Origin: Eledone cirrhosa
Taxonomy: Eukaryota
NCBI GenBank assembly: GCA_964016885.1
Contig: OZ024744.1
Span: 46,810,001 to 46,874,000, forward strand
Direction: 5' to 3'
DNA length: 64,000 nt
Shown piece by piece: positions 39,826-54,538 of this stretch. The first letter of the stretch is position 1; each line of letters begins with the position of its first letter. The notes under the pieces were generated by a model. That model was not told where the DNA came from. It worked only from the letters and a program-made list of their open reading frames with translations, and ran no database searches. The position numbers and the translations under genes were made by a program.

Positions 39826-42800
39826 TATTTGGGGAGGGTCATATTGTTAAAATATTGCCAGAAATAATAACAGAACACACTCACTGTTTGGTTTGGGTTG
39901 GTTTTCGCTTCTGTGTCTTTTATATCTCCATAGTTAATTTATCTGGCAATCAAAGTTTATCATTGACTGACCAACGGTTAAAAATACAGATATAAATATA
40001 TATATATATATATATATATTATCTATCAAAGTTCTTTCGACACACATCCGTGGCTCCTGATTCTGTCTCTTTGGTTGTATCCAGAAAACTGCATGCAGTT
40101 GATGAATTGTTGGATGTGTCTTTCCATTTCTGTTGGGACACACATGCGGGACACATTCTTCATCACTCTTACCAAGTCTGCGATCAGAATATTAAACTTA
40201 GCACTATTGGACATTGCTGAGTTTTTGAGTATCAGGTATTTGGAGGCCATGGGTTTAGCATAGTGTGAGTGGAGAATTTGGGCCCTCTTGTCTGTAGTGT
40301 TTAACCAGAGTTCCGTGTCTAATAGTGGTAGTCTATTGTTAGGGTGTTTGGAAAGGTAGTCACACATTATATAACCTCATCAGTGACAAGGCTGTTATTT
40401 AGTGTCTCTCCTTTGTTCTGTCCGACATCTAATTTTTGTGAACTCACAAAAACAAGAGATTATTTCTTTTGTTGTTTAGTAAAAATTAACACAACACATT
40501 GATTACATCTGAAGGAGCTAAGCTGACAAAGATTTACTTAATGTCTATATTAATCTGTGTAAATAATAGAATTATGTGAACCCTTCAACGATACAGTAAT
40601 TATATACAAGTGAAAATATAACAACATTGGAAAAATATATTTCTTCAATATAGTCAATGTTAATCCTAACTTTGCTGACTGCTTCTCTATACATGGCTTT
40701 ATGATCATGTCTCCAAAACATGTACCAGACAGTGTTTCAGGTAGCTCTTTACAGTATTAGAACCTTATTATGTCATCAACGAAACCCTACACCAACAGAT
40801 GTCCCTTCAATATCAAAACAACTCCCTGAAATACAGTTACTCAATCCCTATTTCACAGGTAGACCCAGACATAGTCACAAAGAAAGGAAATCTCTGTGGA
40901 ATCATAGGGGTACCTTAGTGACATATAACATTTATTGGGTATTTTAGACCTGGTGGAGACCACACTCTTCTTCCAGATCTGAATACACTTGATTTATTCC
41001 AGAGAAAGGGATATAGGTGTATATATATATATATTGTGTGGACCTGTAAATCTTGGGGTAGTGGTAGGGGTACTCTAGTGGATTTCAGGCTTTGTTGCAC
41101 ATATTTTAAAACCTGATGGAGCCCATCTCCTCTCTCCAGGTCTGAACACAATTGAGATCTGAATAAAACTTCATGTGAAATCAGATATTGTATGGATTCA
41201 TATAGATGCATTAGACTCCTGGTCTAAACACAGCTGATTCCCCCCGGAGAAGGAGAGAAAAGTGACAAAAAGATATTGAGAAAGAATTGACTCCTACTAA
41301 TAAAAAGGTGGAAGTTAAACTGGTGTTGACATGTCATCAGGAGAAGAGATGATAGCTATGTTAGAAAGTCCTATAAGAATGAATTTGTCTTTGGTTCTTT
41401 AATAAAAACTAACAACACAACTCATTGATTATATGTGAAAAAGTAAGTTGACAAAGATTTACTTAATGTCTATATTGATGTAAATAATATAATTATGTGA
41501 AGCCTTCAACGATACAGTAATTATATACAAGGGAAAATATATATAACAACATTACCACTAATACTAACTACTCTATTATACATTAGATAATGTAGTCCTA
41601 GATACACTGTGTCTGATAGTCACTAATACTAACTACTGTACTGTACATTAGATAATGTAGTCCTAGATAAACTATGTCTGATAGCCACTAATACTAACTA
41701 CTGTACATTAGATAATGTAGTCCTTGATACACTATCTCTGATAACCACTAATACTAACTACTGTACATTAGATGATGTAGTCCTAGGTACACTATGCCTG
41801 ATAGCCACTAATACTAACTACTATACTGTACACTAGATAATGTAGTCCTAGATACACTATGTTGATAGCCACTAATACTAACTACTGTACTGTACATTAC
41901 ATAATGTACTCCTAGATACACTTTGTCTGATAGCCACTAATACTAACTACTATACTGTACATTAGATAATGTAGTGCTAGATATAGTCACTAGTATATAC
42001 GTAGTTCTCAGGGAGATTCAGCGAGACAAAACGTGTGACATGGCCTCCTATTTACATACATATAGAACCCATCTCATATTATAATGTGTCTGGGTATTTC
42101 ATTGACACGTGTACCGTTGACATTGTTCTCAGGGAGAGTCAGTGTGACAATTCTATGTAACAACGTCCTCCTATAATTACTGGTACAACTTATTATTTTT
42201 GCCAGTTGGGTAAAATAAAACAATGAGAAATAAAGTGTCTTGTTCAAGGCCTCAACGTACAGACCACGCGGTCTGAGATTCGAACTCACGAACCATACGT
42301 TCGTGAATTACGCGCTATCACCGCGTAAACTCAGTTTCCTCCACACAAAATACACCAGAATAATTTAATCCGGATTAATTCACGAACAAGATTTACAATA
42401 AGTCGCTGCGAGTGATCTCCCTTGGCTGACTTTAAAATCTTGTTTCTTCCATTAGAAATTAATTTGTTTCATGTCCGACTGAAAGACTCTGGAGTTTTTA
42501 CCTGTCTTGGGTTTAATTGATGAGGAATTTTGAGGTATTTATAACAATTATTAATTATTTCATTACTGAGATATCATTTGAAGGATTTACTGAAGTTTTT
42601 GATTATTAATTATTTTATTAGTAACTTAACATGTGGTTCTTGTATAAAATTATGTTTGAAGATTTTAGGAAGAAGTAGGGTTAGGGTGTCGGTAAAATAG
42701 ACTCCCAGGCTATGTAGCCGGTAAGAGTGTCAGACTCCATGTGTTGCGGCCCTTTATGGTCTGAGTTGACACAATTTAAAATACTTTTCCACCATCAATT

Positions 42801-45800
42801 GTTAAAAAACAAGTTAAAATCATTTAGTCGTCCATTCGTAAAGTACGTTACACTTTAGTTACATATACATCTACTGTGTTATATATACACACATCTACTG
42901 TGTTACATACACACACATCTACTGAGTTAGATACACACAGATCTACTGAGTTACATACACACACATCTACTGTGTTACATAGACATCTACTGTGTTACAT
43001 ACACATATCTACTGTGTTACATACACACACATCTACTGAGTTACATAGACATCTACTGAGTTACATACACACATCTACTGAGTTATATAGACATCTACTG
43101 TGTTACATACACACATCTACTGTGTTAATACACACATTTACTGTGTTACATACACACACATCTACTGTGTTACATACACACACATCTATTGTGTTACATA
43201 CACGCACATCTACTGTATTACAGACACATACATCTACTGAGTTACACACACACATCTACTGTCTTACATACACACATCTACTGGGTTACACATCTAGTCA
43301 TACATATTCATAAATAGACATACAATACAAAATAATTATTACATACACACACATCTATGTAATGATTGAGGAAGAAATTGGCTGGTGAAACGCTATAGCG
43401 ATGTGTGTGTTGCGTACCTTTAGGGTTTACCGGCTTCGTAGCCTTTTCGAAGATTTTATTATAATTATGAACCTTGTATTTCAATTAATTATGTATAATT
43501 TTGAGCTATTTATCACAATTGTTAGTTAATTACTAACATAGTAACTTAACATATGGTTGTTATATAGAATTTCGTTGGAAGACTTTAATTTAGATAGGAA
43601 CCATTTCCATAGAACGAGAACCAATTTTGGCTGGGTTTCTACCAAAAGGGTTAATGAAGAATTTTGAACAATTTACTAAATTTATTAATTATTTCATTAC
43701 TAAGATAATGTGTGAATACACAATTATATGTGTGTGTGTATATATATATAACCCGTATATATATATATAGTATACAAAAGATGTAGTGGGATAATGAGTA
43801 GTCTTAAGACAAGTCTGTCCAGATAGCTGCGCTGTAACTTACACTTATTGGGACTGTGTGTTGGCTAGCAGGCCTGTACTTTGGGATCTAGCTGGTCCAT
43901 TATGAGAGAGGTCTGGTTAGTTGGCAGCACCATGCCTTACTTGTGGTATATATGTGTATAGAAAGAAATTATTGTATATGTATAACTGTCCATCTATATG
44001 TATACATGTATGTTTAGGTATGTGTTTACATGCATATATAATTTTCAGATTTATACACATAAGAGTATATATATCTTTATATATGTATATTTATAAATAT
44101 ATAAACAGACATATGAGTGTATATAAATATATATATATGTTTATATTTATATATCAATCATCTTTTAATATATATATATGTATATATAAAATATATACAG
44201 GGTCTCCCCCCAAAATGTATACACACTTCAACTACAGTCTATGTAAATGTGTATACATATTTTAGGGACACCCTGTATATATACATATCATGTAACGTGA
44301 CTCCTACTATTATTGGTTGTACAGATCGTCACAGATGAAAATATTTATTTCGACCAAGATTGAATATTTAATGGTATTAAGTGGAATTAGGAAATAAGAC
44401 AATAAAACAGTGAAATGAGTAAAAGAAGAGAAGGGGAGAGAGAATTAACACAGCTTTGTCTTTCTATCTCTCTCACTCCTCCTCCTTCCATATATTATTG
44501 TCTCTTACTACTCCTCATAAAAGCAGGTCTGACCATTAGTCTGAATTATATCTACTTATGTAGGTTTAACTTTATCAAGATTACCGAATCACTGCTCGAA
44601 CTTGGGGCTTCTGAAACTAACTTATTGTGTTAACAGATGTTGGATGAGAATCTTTACCAATAAAAATATGGAGAAGCAAGGCGATATATCTTTCTTTTTG
44701 TTTGTATTGGAATTAATTTTTCCGTGTTTTCTTTTCTATTGCTTGTAAATACAACCCACGTGTTGTAAGAGTGGTTGAGTTACTGCAGTGTTAATGCTTC
44801 AGTGTGTGGAAGCCAGGTTAACAGAGCATATGTACGGAACCATGTAAATGCCTTACCACAGATCTTTCTTTGAATCACGAAGCATCATGTTGAAGAAGAT
44901 TGCAAATAAATTTGGGGCACGGACACAGCCTTGTTTCACATCATTCTTGATGAAGAATTAATCAGAGAGAGACCATCATTGTGCTTTACCTCTCCCTGCT
45001 GACCTGTGTGGAGTTGTTGTAGCATGGTCAGGAATGTTAGCTGACCTCCGAGTCTGCTGAGGATCTTCCACAGTCCATCCCTACTAACTGTATCAAATGC
45101 TTTCGTCAGGTCAATGAAGGCAGCGTACAAGGCCATATCTTTCTCTCTAGTCCCTATCAGACACAATGTATGACGCACGTTTGTCGTACTTAAAATAAAG
45201 AAATTATGTACAAGGGCAGATAAGCTGTCCTACGGGATATCTCGATTACCTCCCTTGTCTTACACATTTAAAACATAAAAATATTTTCGCAAACTTTGTG
45301 AATAAAAATGAAAATTTATTGAAAGACGTATTTATACATACTGGCATAGAAATATAGGTAAATGATATAAATATAGCTAACTAATTAGAAATATAGGTAA
45401 TTAATTATATATATATATAGGTATGGTTGTGACAGGGGGTGGGGCTGCGTTATTGAAATATACGCTGACTACAGCACATTTCTTCCAGAGAGAGAAAGTG
45501 AGAGAGAGGAAATAAGAAAGAGATATAGAGGAAGTATCGACCCCAGTATTGGACTGGTACTCTTTTTCTCGACCTCGAAATGATGAAAGGCAAAGTTGAC
45601 CTCGGCGGGATTTGAACTCAGAGAGAAGAGAGCTGGAATGAATACCTTAAAATATTCTATCTGACGTTCTAACGACTCTGACAATTCGCCGGCTACACAC
45701 ATACACACATACACATATATATATGATGGCTCCCCCCTCGTTATCGAGTATGGCCATTGCACGATAAAAAAACATAATAATAACAATAATAATAATATTA

Positions 45801-48408
45801 ACAACAATAATAATAACGATGACAACAACAATAATAATATACATATATATATACACACACGCGCACATACATAACACATCTACACACACACACGTGTGAT
45901 AGCAATTAACAGTGCTGCTATCGAATGTGGCTTTTTAGCCCAGCCAATGTCTTGCACAGAGTTGGCAACCAAAACATCCACTGGGAATAGCCGGCTGTGG
46001 TTGGAGTTCATGTACTTTTGCATGTCGTTTGAGCCCTCCTGCTGATTTACATTCTCTACCACATGCTTGGCAAGCATGATGAGTAGCATCTTCAACAGCA
46101 GCTTGGTCTTACTTTACGACTGCGAAGTTGACTTTCGAGTCCAGCTTTGCTTAGGCAGAGTCTCGCACAGACGCTGCATGTCAGCGTCATAGGAGGACCT
46201 TCGCCGCCTGGAAATGCAATAGCAATGCCCTTCCTCTCATCCCTTTTTACTTTCTCGTATGCGATTCGAGATGCCTCAAAGGCAACTTTCCCCTCATATA
46301 CAGTCTTTCTCCATTTATTACAATCAGCAGCAACATTTTCCCATGTATCAGCAGAGATGTTAACGTCTTTCAAAGAAGCTTTCAAGGAATCCTTATACCT
46401 CTTTTTTTGGTTTATACTAACAGTGTATCCCGGCGTTGCACGGGTAAGAACATTGGTAATAGAACCTCCAATGAGTATCGTTTATTTGTGAGTGCCTGTT
46501 AAATATACCGACAGAGGAAACTTGTTTTATTTGGAGAAAATTAAGAAGTTGAAAGTACAGTTTAACTACCTATGTGCATTGTACATAGAAATATTGTTGA
46601 GCCCCTTCTTTTCATACTCCTCTGTTTTGGCCTTTTGGCGTAAATGTGAAAGAAAAAGTCACAGGTTAAGTTGGCAGAAGGTTCCAGTGTCATAGCAGTA
46701 AGGCTTAGGCTACTTACCTCAAAAGTTCATTCGCACTCTTTCCACTAAGTTACTCTTTCTCTCTATCCCTCTCGGTGCAGTCCCTTGCGAATTTCTCACG
46801 TAGGCTTGGTGTAGATTTACACCCGATCCATCTACCCGATGCACATGTCCGCTTTGTACAGCTTTTGGAGGAAGGAGTGACCAGCAGTACGTTGTTCGGT
46901 ATTATTACGAAAAGGTGTAGCAGAGAATCTCGCGTGAACTAACAGCTCGGGAGGAAACTGCTTACCTCGAAGATTCATTCGCCATCGTTATTGTCAACGC
47001 TCCGTTTAGTTGGTATTTGTTGGTTTACAGTTAGATGAATGGCGCACAAAGGGTTAATGTTTATTGGCAAGAAGTGCAACAGGGCTGGCTTGCCTCGCTT
47101 ATATTATATATTAAAATATCAGATTAAAGTTTAAGCAAGGAATCGCTGCTTTCACCCTTAATGGGATCTTCTGAAACTAAAAAAATCAATCTGTGAACGC
47201 AGACATAAATATTTTGATAAACGTCACTACCGAAGGAAAGCAGGAAGACGTTCACTGGCAATGAACAGAAAATAGCGAACATAATACGTCATCAATGTTC
47301 GTGAGAATGTCGTTATGCAGACAGGCAGGCATGCAGACAGATATTATAAGAGCGCGACGGAGATGGATAACCAGCGCCTAACACCTATTTAACAACAGAA
47401 AATTGAAAAATAAAAGCTGCAGTTAATATCTTTAAACCGCAAGGAATATATAAATGCCAAGTTTGAAGTCAATCGGAGTAGAATGTGGATTTGTATAGCC
47501 TTAGCAAAAATGAGGACACACACAGACAACTACAGTTTTATATATATAGATGATAAATATTGGTGATAGGAAGGGCATCCAACTATCGAAAACTTGCTAA
47601 AAAAGGGTTGGGCGGACTCTTCTGTTGTGTAAAGGACATGACAATCACTTTCGTATTGGTTCCACAACAAAATACACCTAGTAGAAGGTGTGACTATATG
47701 TAACCCCACCTTGGTCTTTGAAGACAATCTGTCTAACTCTTGCTAGCAGGGGAACTGGACATTAAATGATGATGAGTTGTGACATCACTGAGGTCAAGCT
47801 GTTTCAGCCATTTCTTTGGACAGCATTATATATGGTCTCTATATATTGGACAATATTAAATATCGTCTATATAGAAGTTGTGACAACATTATATATACAT
47901 ATGTACACACACACTGACAAACATGTATATTTATATACAATGTCCGGCTGAAGAGTTCATAGGCTGACCAAGTTACTCTCATGGAATGAGACAATGTATA
48001 CACACAAATATATGCTTATATATATGTATACAAACATATATATTTTATAGTGAAGTCATACAGCATATCGCAATATCATGTTTTCAATTCTCAGTCAGGG
48101 AGGTACGTTGTGTCCTTAAGCAAGACACATCATTCCACATGTCTCTAATCTCCACAGCTGAAAAAGACAAGTAGCAGCTTTAGTTGGAGGTTTATAACAG
48201 TAGCACTCTTCATCTCAATTTCTACTGTGCTGCCTAACCAACCACTTCCTCTCTGTCCCCACACTGCTGATTTTCTCCTCAAAATTATAAAGACAACAGC
48301 CCACTTGAGGAAGGAGTCCCATGAGGTGGGGTGGATGTTGCAGTGGGTGTCTCTGGCTATTCTCTGTGGTAATCCTTTTGTCATTGTGGTGAGATTCCTT
48401 TATGAAAT

Positions 48409-49002
48409 ATGTCTGAATATAGCTGTGAGATTTGCAGGAAAACTTTCTCTTCAAAACTGAAACTATCCTCACACGAGAAAATACACACTGCAGAAAAACA
48501 CTTCCACTGCGAAATATGTGGGAAGTCTTTTGTCTTGAACAGTGATTTAAAAGGGCATATAAGAACACACACTGGAGAAAAACCTTTTGCATGTGAAATA
48601 TGTGGGAAATCTTTTTCTAGTAATTCTGATCTTGTACGTCACAAAAGAATACACACTGGTGAAAAACCCTTCCATTGTGAAATATGTGGTAAATCTTTTT
48701 CTCATAGTTCTCCTCTCGTACATCACAAAAGAACACATACTGGTGAAAAATCCTTCCATTGTGAAATATGTGGGAAATCTTTTTCTCATAGTACTCATCT
48801 TGTAGATCACATAAGAATACACACTGGAGAAAAACCCTTCCATTGTGAAATATGTGGGAAATCTTTTTCTCATAGTTCTCCTCTTGTACGTCACAAAAGA
48901 ACACATACTGGTGAAAAACCTTATTCATGTGACATATGTGGGAAATCTTTCACCGAGTATTTGTCACTGGTTGTTCACCTACGTAGTCAACATTTGCGGT
49001 AA
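48409..49002 (+). CDS. C2H2 zinc-finger protein, 7 fingers (197 aa)
   Basis: Uninterrupted ORF of [18 protein letters not shown] units. Paralog of 57120-58214. Confidence 0.8.
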   Translation: MSEYSCEICRKTFSSKLKLSSHEKIHTAEKHFHCEICGKSFVLNSDLKGHIRTHTGEKPFACEICGKSFSSNSDLVRHKRIHTGEKPFHCEICGKSFSHSSPLVHHKRTHTGEKSFHCEICGKSFSHSTHLVDHIRIHTGEKPFHCEICGKSFSHSSPLVRHKRTHTGEKPYSCDICGKSFTEYLSLVVHLRSQHLR

Positions 49003-49444
49003 ACCCATCACTGTGAAATATGAAACAGACAAATATATAGACACACTTTGGAAGGAAGAATATAAAATGTGAAGCTTGAGAAATCTTATACATCTCAACA
49101 TATATGTTGTGTGTATATATATATATATATTTTATTATTTTTATTTTTTAAAACATTAATCAAAGGGAAGAAATATACTGACATATATCAAAGATTATCA
49201 GAATAACTAGGGAGCGGAGGACAAGATATGCTGGACATTGCTACTGAGGGTAGGATGAGCTGGCTATTGTTGTGGATACCTAAACATTGTAAGACCCTAG
49301 TGGGATGAATGAGATTGACCTACATAGATCAGATGACTCAGGATGTCCAGCTGGAGATTAATGATCTCAGGAATGCCATGGAAGATCGTGTCATCTAAAA
49401 AAGAAGAGTAGAATTGTTCTGGCCAATCCACCTGACCTAATAAT

Positions 49445-49896
49445 TCTAAACTATAATAAAGTAAGGAGCACGGGACTGCGTACGGTTTATACTTTGTTTA
49501 TCCCATTAGTAAAATAAGTTGCATTGCTTTGAATAAATAATGAATGAATATTACATAATTTATCTAATAAATTTCGTGGCTGTTGATTAAATATATTTTG
49601 TTTATTTAAAGATTCACTTCTTTAAAATGTTCAAATGTCAACACTTCCGGTTGGCCATCGCTTAAATAAAGATTCATATATTTCCGTCACTAATTTTCTC
49701 CTAATGCAGTTTATTTATAATATCGTCTTTTCTTAATGTATCATGGATTACGTTACTGATTAAATAAGACAGTGTAACGCAGTCTTCGTTCAATTTCTAT
49801 GTATTATATATTGTCAATTACGATTTTATTTGATGTATCATATCTACATGTATATATACCTGCGTACAATATCAATATACACACTACACATGCTAG
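49445..49896 (+). mobile_element. Helitron-like non-autonomous element, copy 1
   Basis: Starts TCTAAACTATAATAAA and is closely similar to 55644-56128. Confidence 0.55.
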
Positions 49897-51489
49897 CAGA
49901 ATATAATAATAATATTAATATATATTGATGAACATTTATTATGGTGAAATATGTTGGAAATCATTCTCAGAGGTTTTTTATTGTAATTAACAAATACACC
50001 CTGTAGAAAGTATCCCTTCATATTATTTGTCATTAAGGGATCTTACAGAGACACAATCTCATTTCATTGTTGAGGATGGTGGATTTTCAGAATCAGTAGA
50101 GTGTCAGACGATATGCTTTGTGTCATAAAGTTACAGTCCTTTATGTTCTGGGTTTAAAATCATGCCATGGTCAACTTTGACTTTCATCCATTCAAGGTTG
50201 ATAAAAAACAGTAACAGTAATGCACTGGGCCTGATTTAATTGGCATTCCTCTTTCTCTTCAAATTGCTGGCATTGAGTCAAAGTAGAAACATTTATTTAA
50301 AGTCTATAAAACAATAGATATAATGCTTTCTGCCATGTTTATCCTGGTTCTCTGCTCTCTGGGTTTAATTCCTGCTGAGGTCAACTTTCTTTCGTCCATT
50401 CAAGGTTGATAAGAAACAATACCAGTCTATCACTGGGGTCTGTTATTCCTCTCTATATTTCGATCTCACTTCCTCCCTCTTATTTTCTCCCCTTCTCTGG
50501 AAGAAATCAACTGTTCAAACCTGAAAAACCTAAAAACCTAAAAAAAAAAAAAACATTGATGTGTTTATATGTGTTTATTTTGTAAACCTTAACTGATTTA
50601 TATTTATATTTATGACAAAATATCCACATGTGTAAATAAAAACAATTGCATAACTTTAATATTTGTTGGGTGGTACTTTCATGACAGTTGAAATTTTGAC
50701 TTTTTAAAAAAATAATTCACATTTGAAAATAGTTTACAACTTTCTTCTCTTTTTCTTCACCCATTTATTTCTGAGAGGGTTGTAGGGGATAGAGTCCTCA
50801 CACACCCCTTCTAGGTCCTATGTGTGTAAAATTTCCTCTTTACACTACACACACATCACCCTGCACACACATACCACTACACATACAAACCAGGTAGAAA
50901 TACCAACCTAGTATCTTGATTTTAGTGATTTTTTTGTAATAAATCTCAACATCTCAGTTCTTACCAAGTGGAGAGGAACTCATCAGATTGGACCTAGGAA
51001 ACAATGTTTCCATTGGTCTTTCCAGATTGGAAAACAAAAAATAGAGAATATATTTATTTGCCGTTGTGTTGCCAAACGATGCCAAAAGCCATTGACCTGC
51101 ATCTTTGGTCAAGAAGGCCATTCAAGCATCACTCACAGAAGCTGATATAGCAGCCAGCTTGACAGCCGATATAGGTAGCACCAACAATTATCACTACCAT
51201 TAACAAGAGGAAGGCAACAGCAGAAACAGTGACAATAACAACGACCCCGCATCTTCGGTTAAAGAAGGTGTTCGAGCCCCAGCAACCAGCCTGGCAGCCC
51301 GAATAGGTATCAGTTTCAACTACCACCATCATCAACAAGAAGAAGGCAGCGACAGCAGTGGTAACATTAACAACAACAACATGTGTATACACCAACAACT
51401 TACCAGCAAACACTACCACTACCATTAACTAATTGTCTCCATTGATTTCAGTTGGTGGCAGCTTGTTGACATCCATGCCAGCTGATGTT

Positions 51490-51950
51490 GACAGTTTGTG
51501 GGTCATTTTGGAATGTGATCCACCAGGTCATCTTCGGTTGGCCTCTTTTCCACTTGCCTTCAAGGGGAACCCATGTCATCGCTGTTTTGGACAGGTGATC
51601 TGGTAGGTGCAGTATGTGACCTGCAAAATGGAACTAACGTTCGATGATGATCTCCTGCTGTGTATGTGACCCTGCTCTCCACAGGATCTACCAGCTGACC
51701 TTTAGAATCTTATGCAGGCTCCTTTAATGGAAAGTGTTTAGACACCTATCCATCTTCACAGTGGATTTCTATTTTTCACAGTCAGAGATGGGCTTAGGAA
51801 GTACAATGCTAGTGTACAAGCGCAGCTTGAAATACAAGCTGACACTCTTTGACCAAATTGAGTGCATCCATTGGAACACCGCAGTCACCTTTACAACCCT
51901 GCAGTTGATGTCCAGCTCAAAGTTGCCGCTGTGGCTCAGGATACTGACAA
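51490..51950 (-). mobile_element. Decayed RTE-like LINE 3' fragment
   Basis: Minus strand reads ..RQFHFAGHILHLP..and GKWKRGQPKMTW-like motifs. Confidence 0.55.
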
Positions 51951-51980
51951 GTATGTATAGAAGATATATACATATATATA

Positions 51981-52320
51981 TTGATTCAAAATATTAATAA
52001 ATATAGACATTCATGTGATCAAATATATTTTATTATACATATTTCAGAGGTACTGAGCTATTTCAACCGTATGTCCTCATCAGATAAAATAAGTTGATGC
52101 CTGACATACCTTGACTATGTTGATGGTTATAATTTAGTCATTCATGGCAAGTCACATTATAATTTAGTCATAAAATATATTTGATCACATGAATGTCTAT
52201 ATTTATTAATATTTTGAAGTAATATTAATAACTCCAGAAAACCTTGCTGTAGAGTGCTTCTAATCTATTGTGAAACTTTATTCATTGATGAATTCATTGA
52301 ACCTTGTTATACTTTTAATT
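51981..52320. mobile_element. Fold-back insert with hammerhead-like fold (52026-52091, minus)
   Basis: Arms ~51985-52033 / 52170-52218. Minus strand reads TATTTTAT-CTGATGA-gGAC atacg GTT-GAAA-TA..TA-TA-ATAAAATA. Confidence 0.6.
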
Positions 52321-52656
52321 ATATATATATATTGTATATATTAGTGTATCGATAGTTGATCGACTTTAGTGAAATCGGACCGAGAAAACAATGTTTCCGT
52401 TGGTCTTTCCAATTACTAATACTATCTATCGGTCACAACTACAGGTAGAAGGAGCAACGTGAAATAAAGTGTCTTGCTCAAGGACATAACGCATTGCCCG
52501 GTCCGATAATCAATCTCTCAACCTCACGATTGCGAATCCAATTCTATAACCACTCAGCCACGCGTCTGTATATAGGGTATATATTAGTTGTGATGACACT
52601 GGCAGCAAGTTATATCAGCTATTGACCTCACTTTGGATAACATCATATATTGTATG

Positions 52657-52714
<58 letters not shown>

Positions 52715-52718
<4 letters not shown>

Positions 52719-53535
52719 TAGAAATTCCAGAAAACAGAACCAAGATCCTCTCAAGGAAATGGCCTTGTCCAGTATGTAGGAAAGGCATTGGTAGACATTC
52801 CATCCTCTGCCCCATATGGAGAATATAGGTACACAAGAGATGTAGTGGGATCTCAGTAAGTTTAGCTAAGAATGTAGGCATTACATGTGGCAGTTGCACT
52901 GGAACAGAAAGCAGCAAACGATCGCAAGAAACAAGCGCTACCAAATTCTAAGAGGGCTCTGTAGAAACAGTAGATAGCTTCTGCTACTTAGGTGACTGAA
53001 TTAGCAGCAATGTTGGGTGTGCTGAAAGTACAGTAACCAGAGTAAGAACGGGATGGAGGTAGTTCAGAGAGCTACTGCCACTGCTGGCTACAAAAGCTTC
53101 TCCCTAAGAATGAAAGGCAGATGGTATCCGTATGTACAGCTATGTTACATGGTAGTGACACTTGGGTGCTGCATGCAGAAGACTTGTGTAGATTGGAAAG
53201 AAATGAAGCCTGCAAGCTCTGATGGATGTGTAATAGTAATATGCGAGAAAGTCGAAGCATAAATGAACTGAGAGAGAAACTAGGCATAAGAGAAATCAAA
53301 TGCTGTGTGTAGGAGAGGAGATTGCACTGGTATGGACATGTGTTGCATATGAAGGATGACAGCTGCATAAAAAAGTGCAGAGGGTTCAGTTGTTGGAAGC
53401 TTTGGAGTGGGGAGACGTTGGAAGACGTGGGGTAAGGTGATACAAGCCGACCTTGCCCAATTGTACTTCTCAGAGGCGATGACACGTGACCGGGATCTCT
53501 GGAGTTGTGCAGTACTACAGAAGACCCGACTTCCC
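52715..53535 (+). mobile_element. Decayed RTE 3' half
   Basis: RKWPCPVCRKGIGRHSILCP; VETVDSFCYLGD; RRLHWYGHV. Confidence 0.8.
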
Positions 53536-53574
53536 AGGATCACAAGCTGAAGCATATGTACAGCAAGCCCCCCT

Positions 53575-53925
53575 CCCCAGCCCACACTGTAAAGTGGACG
53601 TGTGAAAGACACAGCAAAAAGCACTCAGCCCATGCTGTAAAGTAGACATGTGAAAGACACAGCAAAAAGCACCCAGCCCACACTGTAAAGTGGACATGTG
53701 AATACACAGCAAAAAGCACCCAGCCCATGCTGTAAAGTGGACATGTGAAAGACATGGCAAAAAGCACCTAGCCCATGCTGTAAAGTGGACATGTGAAAGA
53801 CACAGCAAAAAGCACCCAGACCATGCTGTAAAGTGGACATGTGAAAGACATGGTAAAAAGCACCCAGCCCATGCTGTAAAGTGGACATGTGAAAGACATG
53901 GTAAAAAGCACCCAGCCCACACTGT
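53575..53925 (+). repeat. 48-bp minisatellite (~7 units) within a SINE-type 3' region
   Basis: Unit CAGCCCATGCTGTAAAGTGGACATGTGAAAGACACAGCAAAAAGCACC, followed by the SINE tail GGTTGGCATTAGGAAGGG..(GAT)n. Confidence 0.88.
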
Positions 53926-54201
53926 CAATGTGGTTGGCATTAGGAAGGGTATCCAGCCATAGAAAACCAGCCAGAAACACCCCTATATGAGCTGTCACGG
54001 TCACCCGACACAACTTGCCTCAAAATAGGACCTGTGTAACCCATGGAAGATAGATGTTAATCGATGATGGTGATGATGATGATGTAGTGTATACATAGTA
54101 TGTATAGTGCATATATATATATGATAAATGCTGGTGTCAAGCTGTTTCAGCCCTTCCTCTGGACATTATATATAGTGTATGTATGTAGTATATATATATA
54201 T

Positions 54202-54538
54202 GGAGGCAAATGGGTTAGTGGTTAGAGCATTGGCCTTGCAATCGAAAGGTTGTGAGTTCAATTCTCAGACCGGGTGATGTGTTGTTTCCTTGAGCAAGAC
54301 ACTTTATTTCACATTGCTCCAGTTTACTCAGCTGTAGAAATGAGATGATAGGGACTGGGGTCCCTATCATTCCACTGAAAAGTGGTCGTGTAGGTGCCAC
54401 GGCAAAAAAGCACCCAGCACTCACTGTAAATGAGGTTGGTGTTAGGAAGGGCATCCAGCTGTAGAAATCAAGCCAGAATCAGTTCACGTCCCACCCTTGC
54501 AAGCAGGGAAAAGTGGACGTAAAATGAAATGATGATGA
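54202..54538 (+). mobile_element. Full-length tRNA-derived SINE with RTE tail
   Basis: Same family as 2734-3032. Confidence 0.85.

Noticed and set aside
51129-51425. Val/Ala-rich ORF with an internal ~120-bp duplication
   Set aside because: Low-complexity (CAA/CAG-rich) sequence with no recognisable domain or gene structure.
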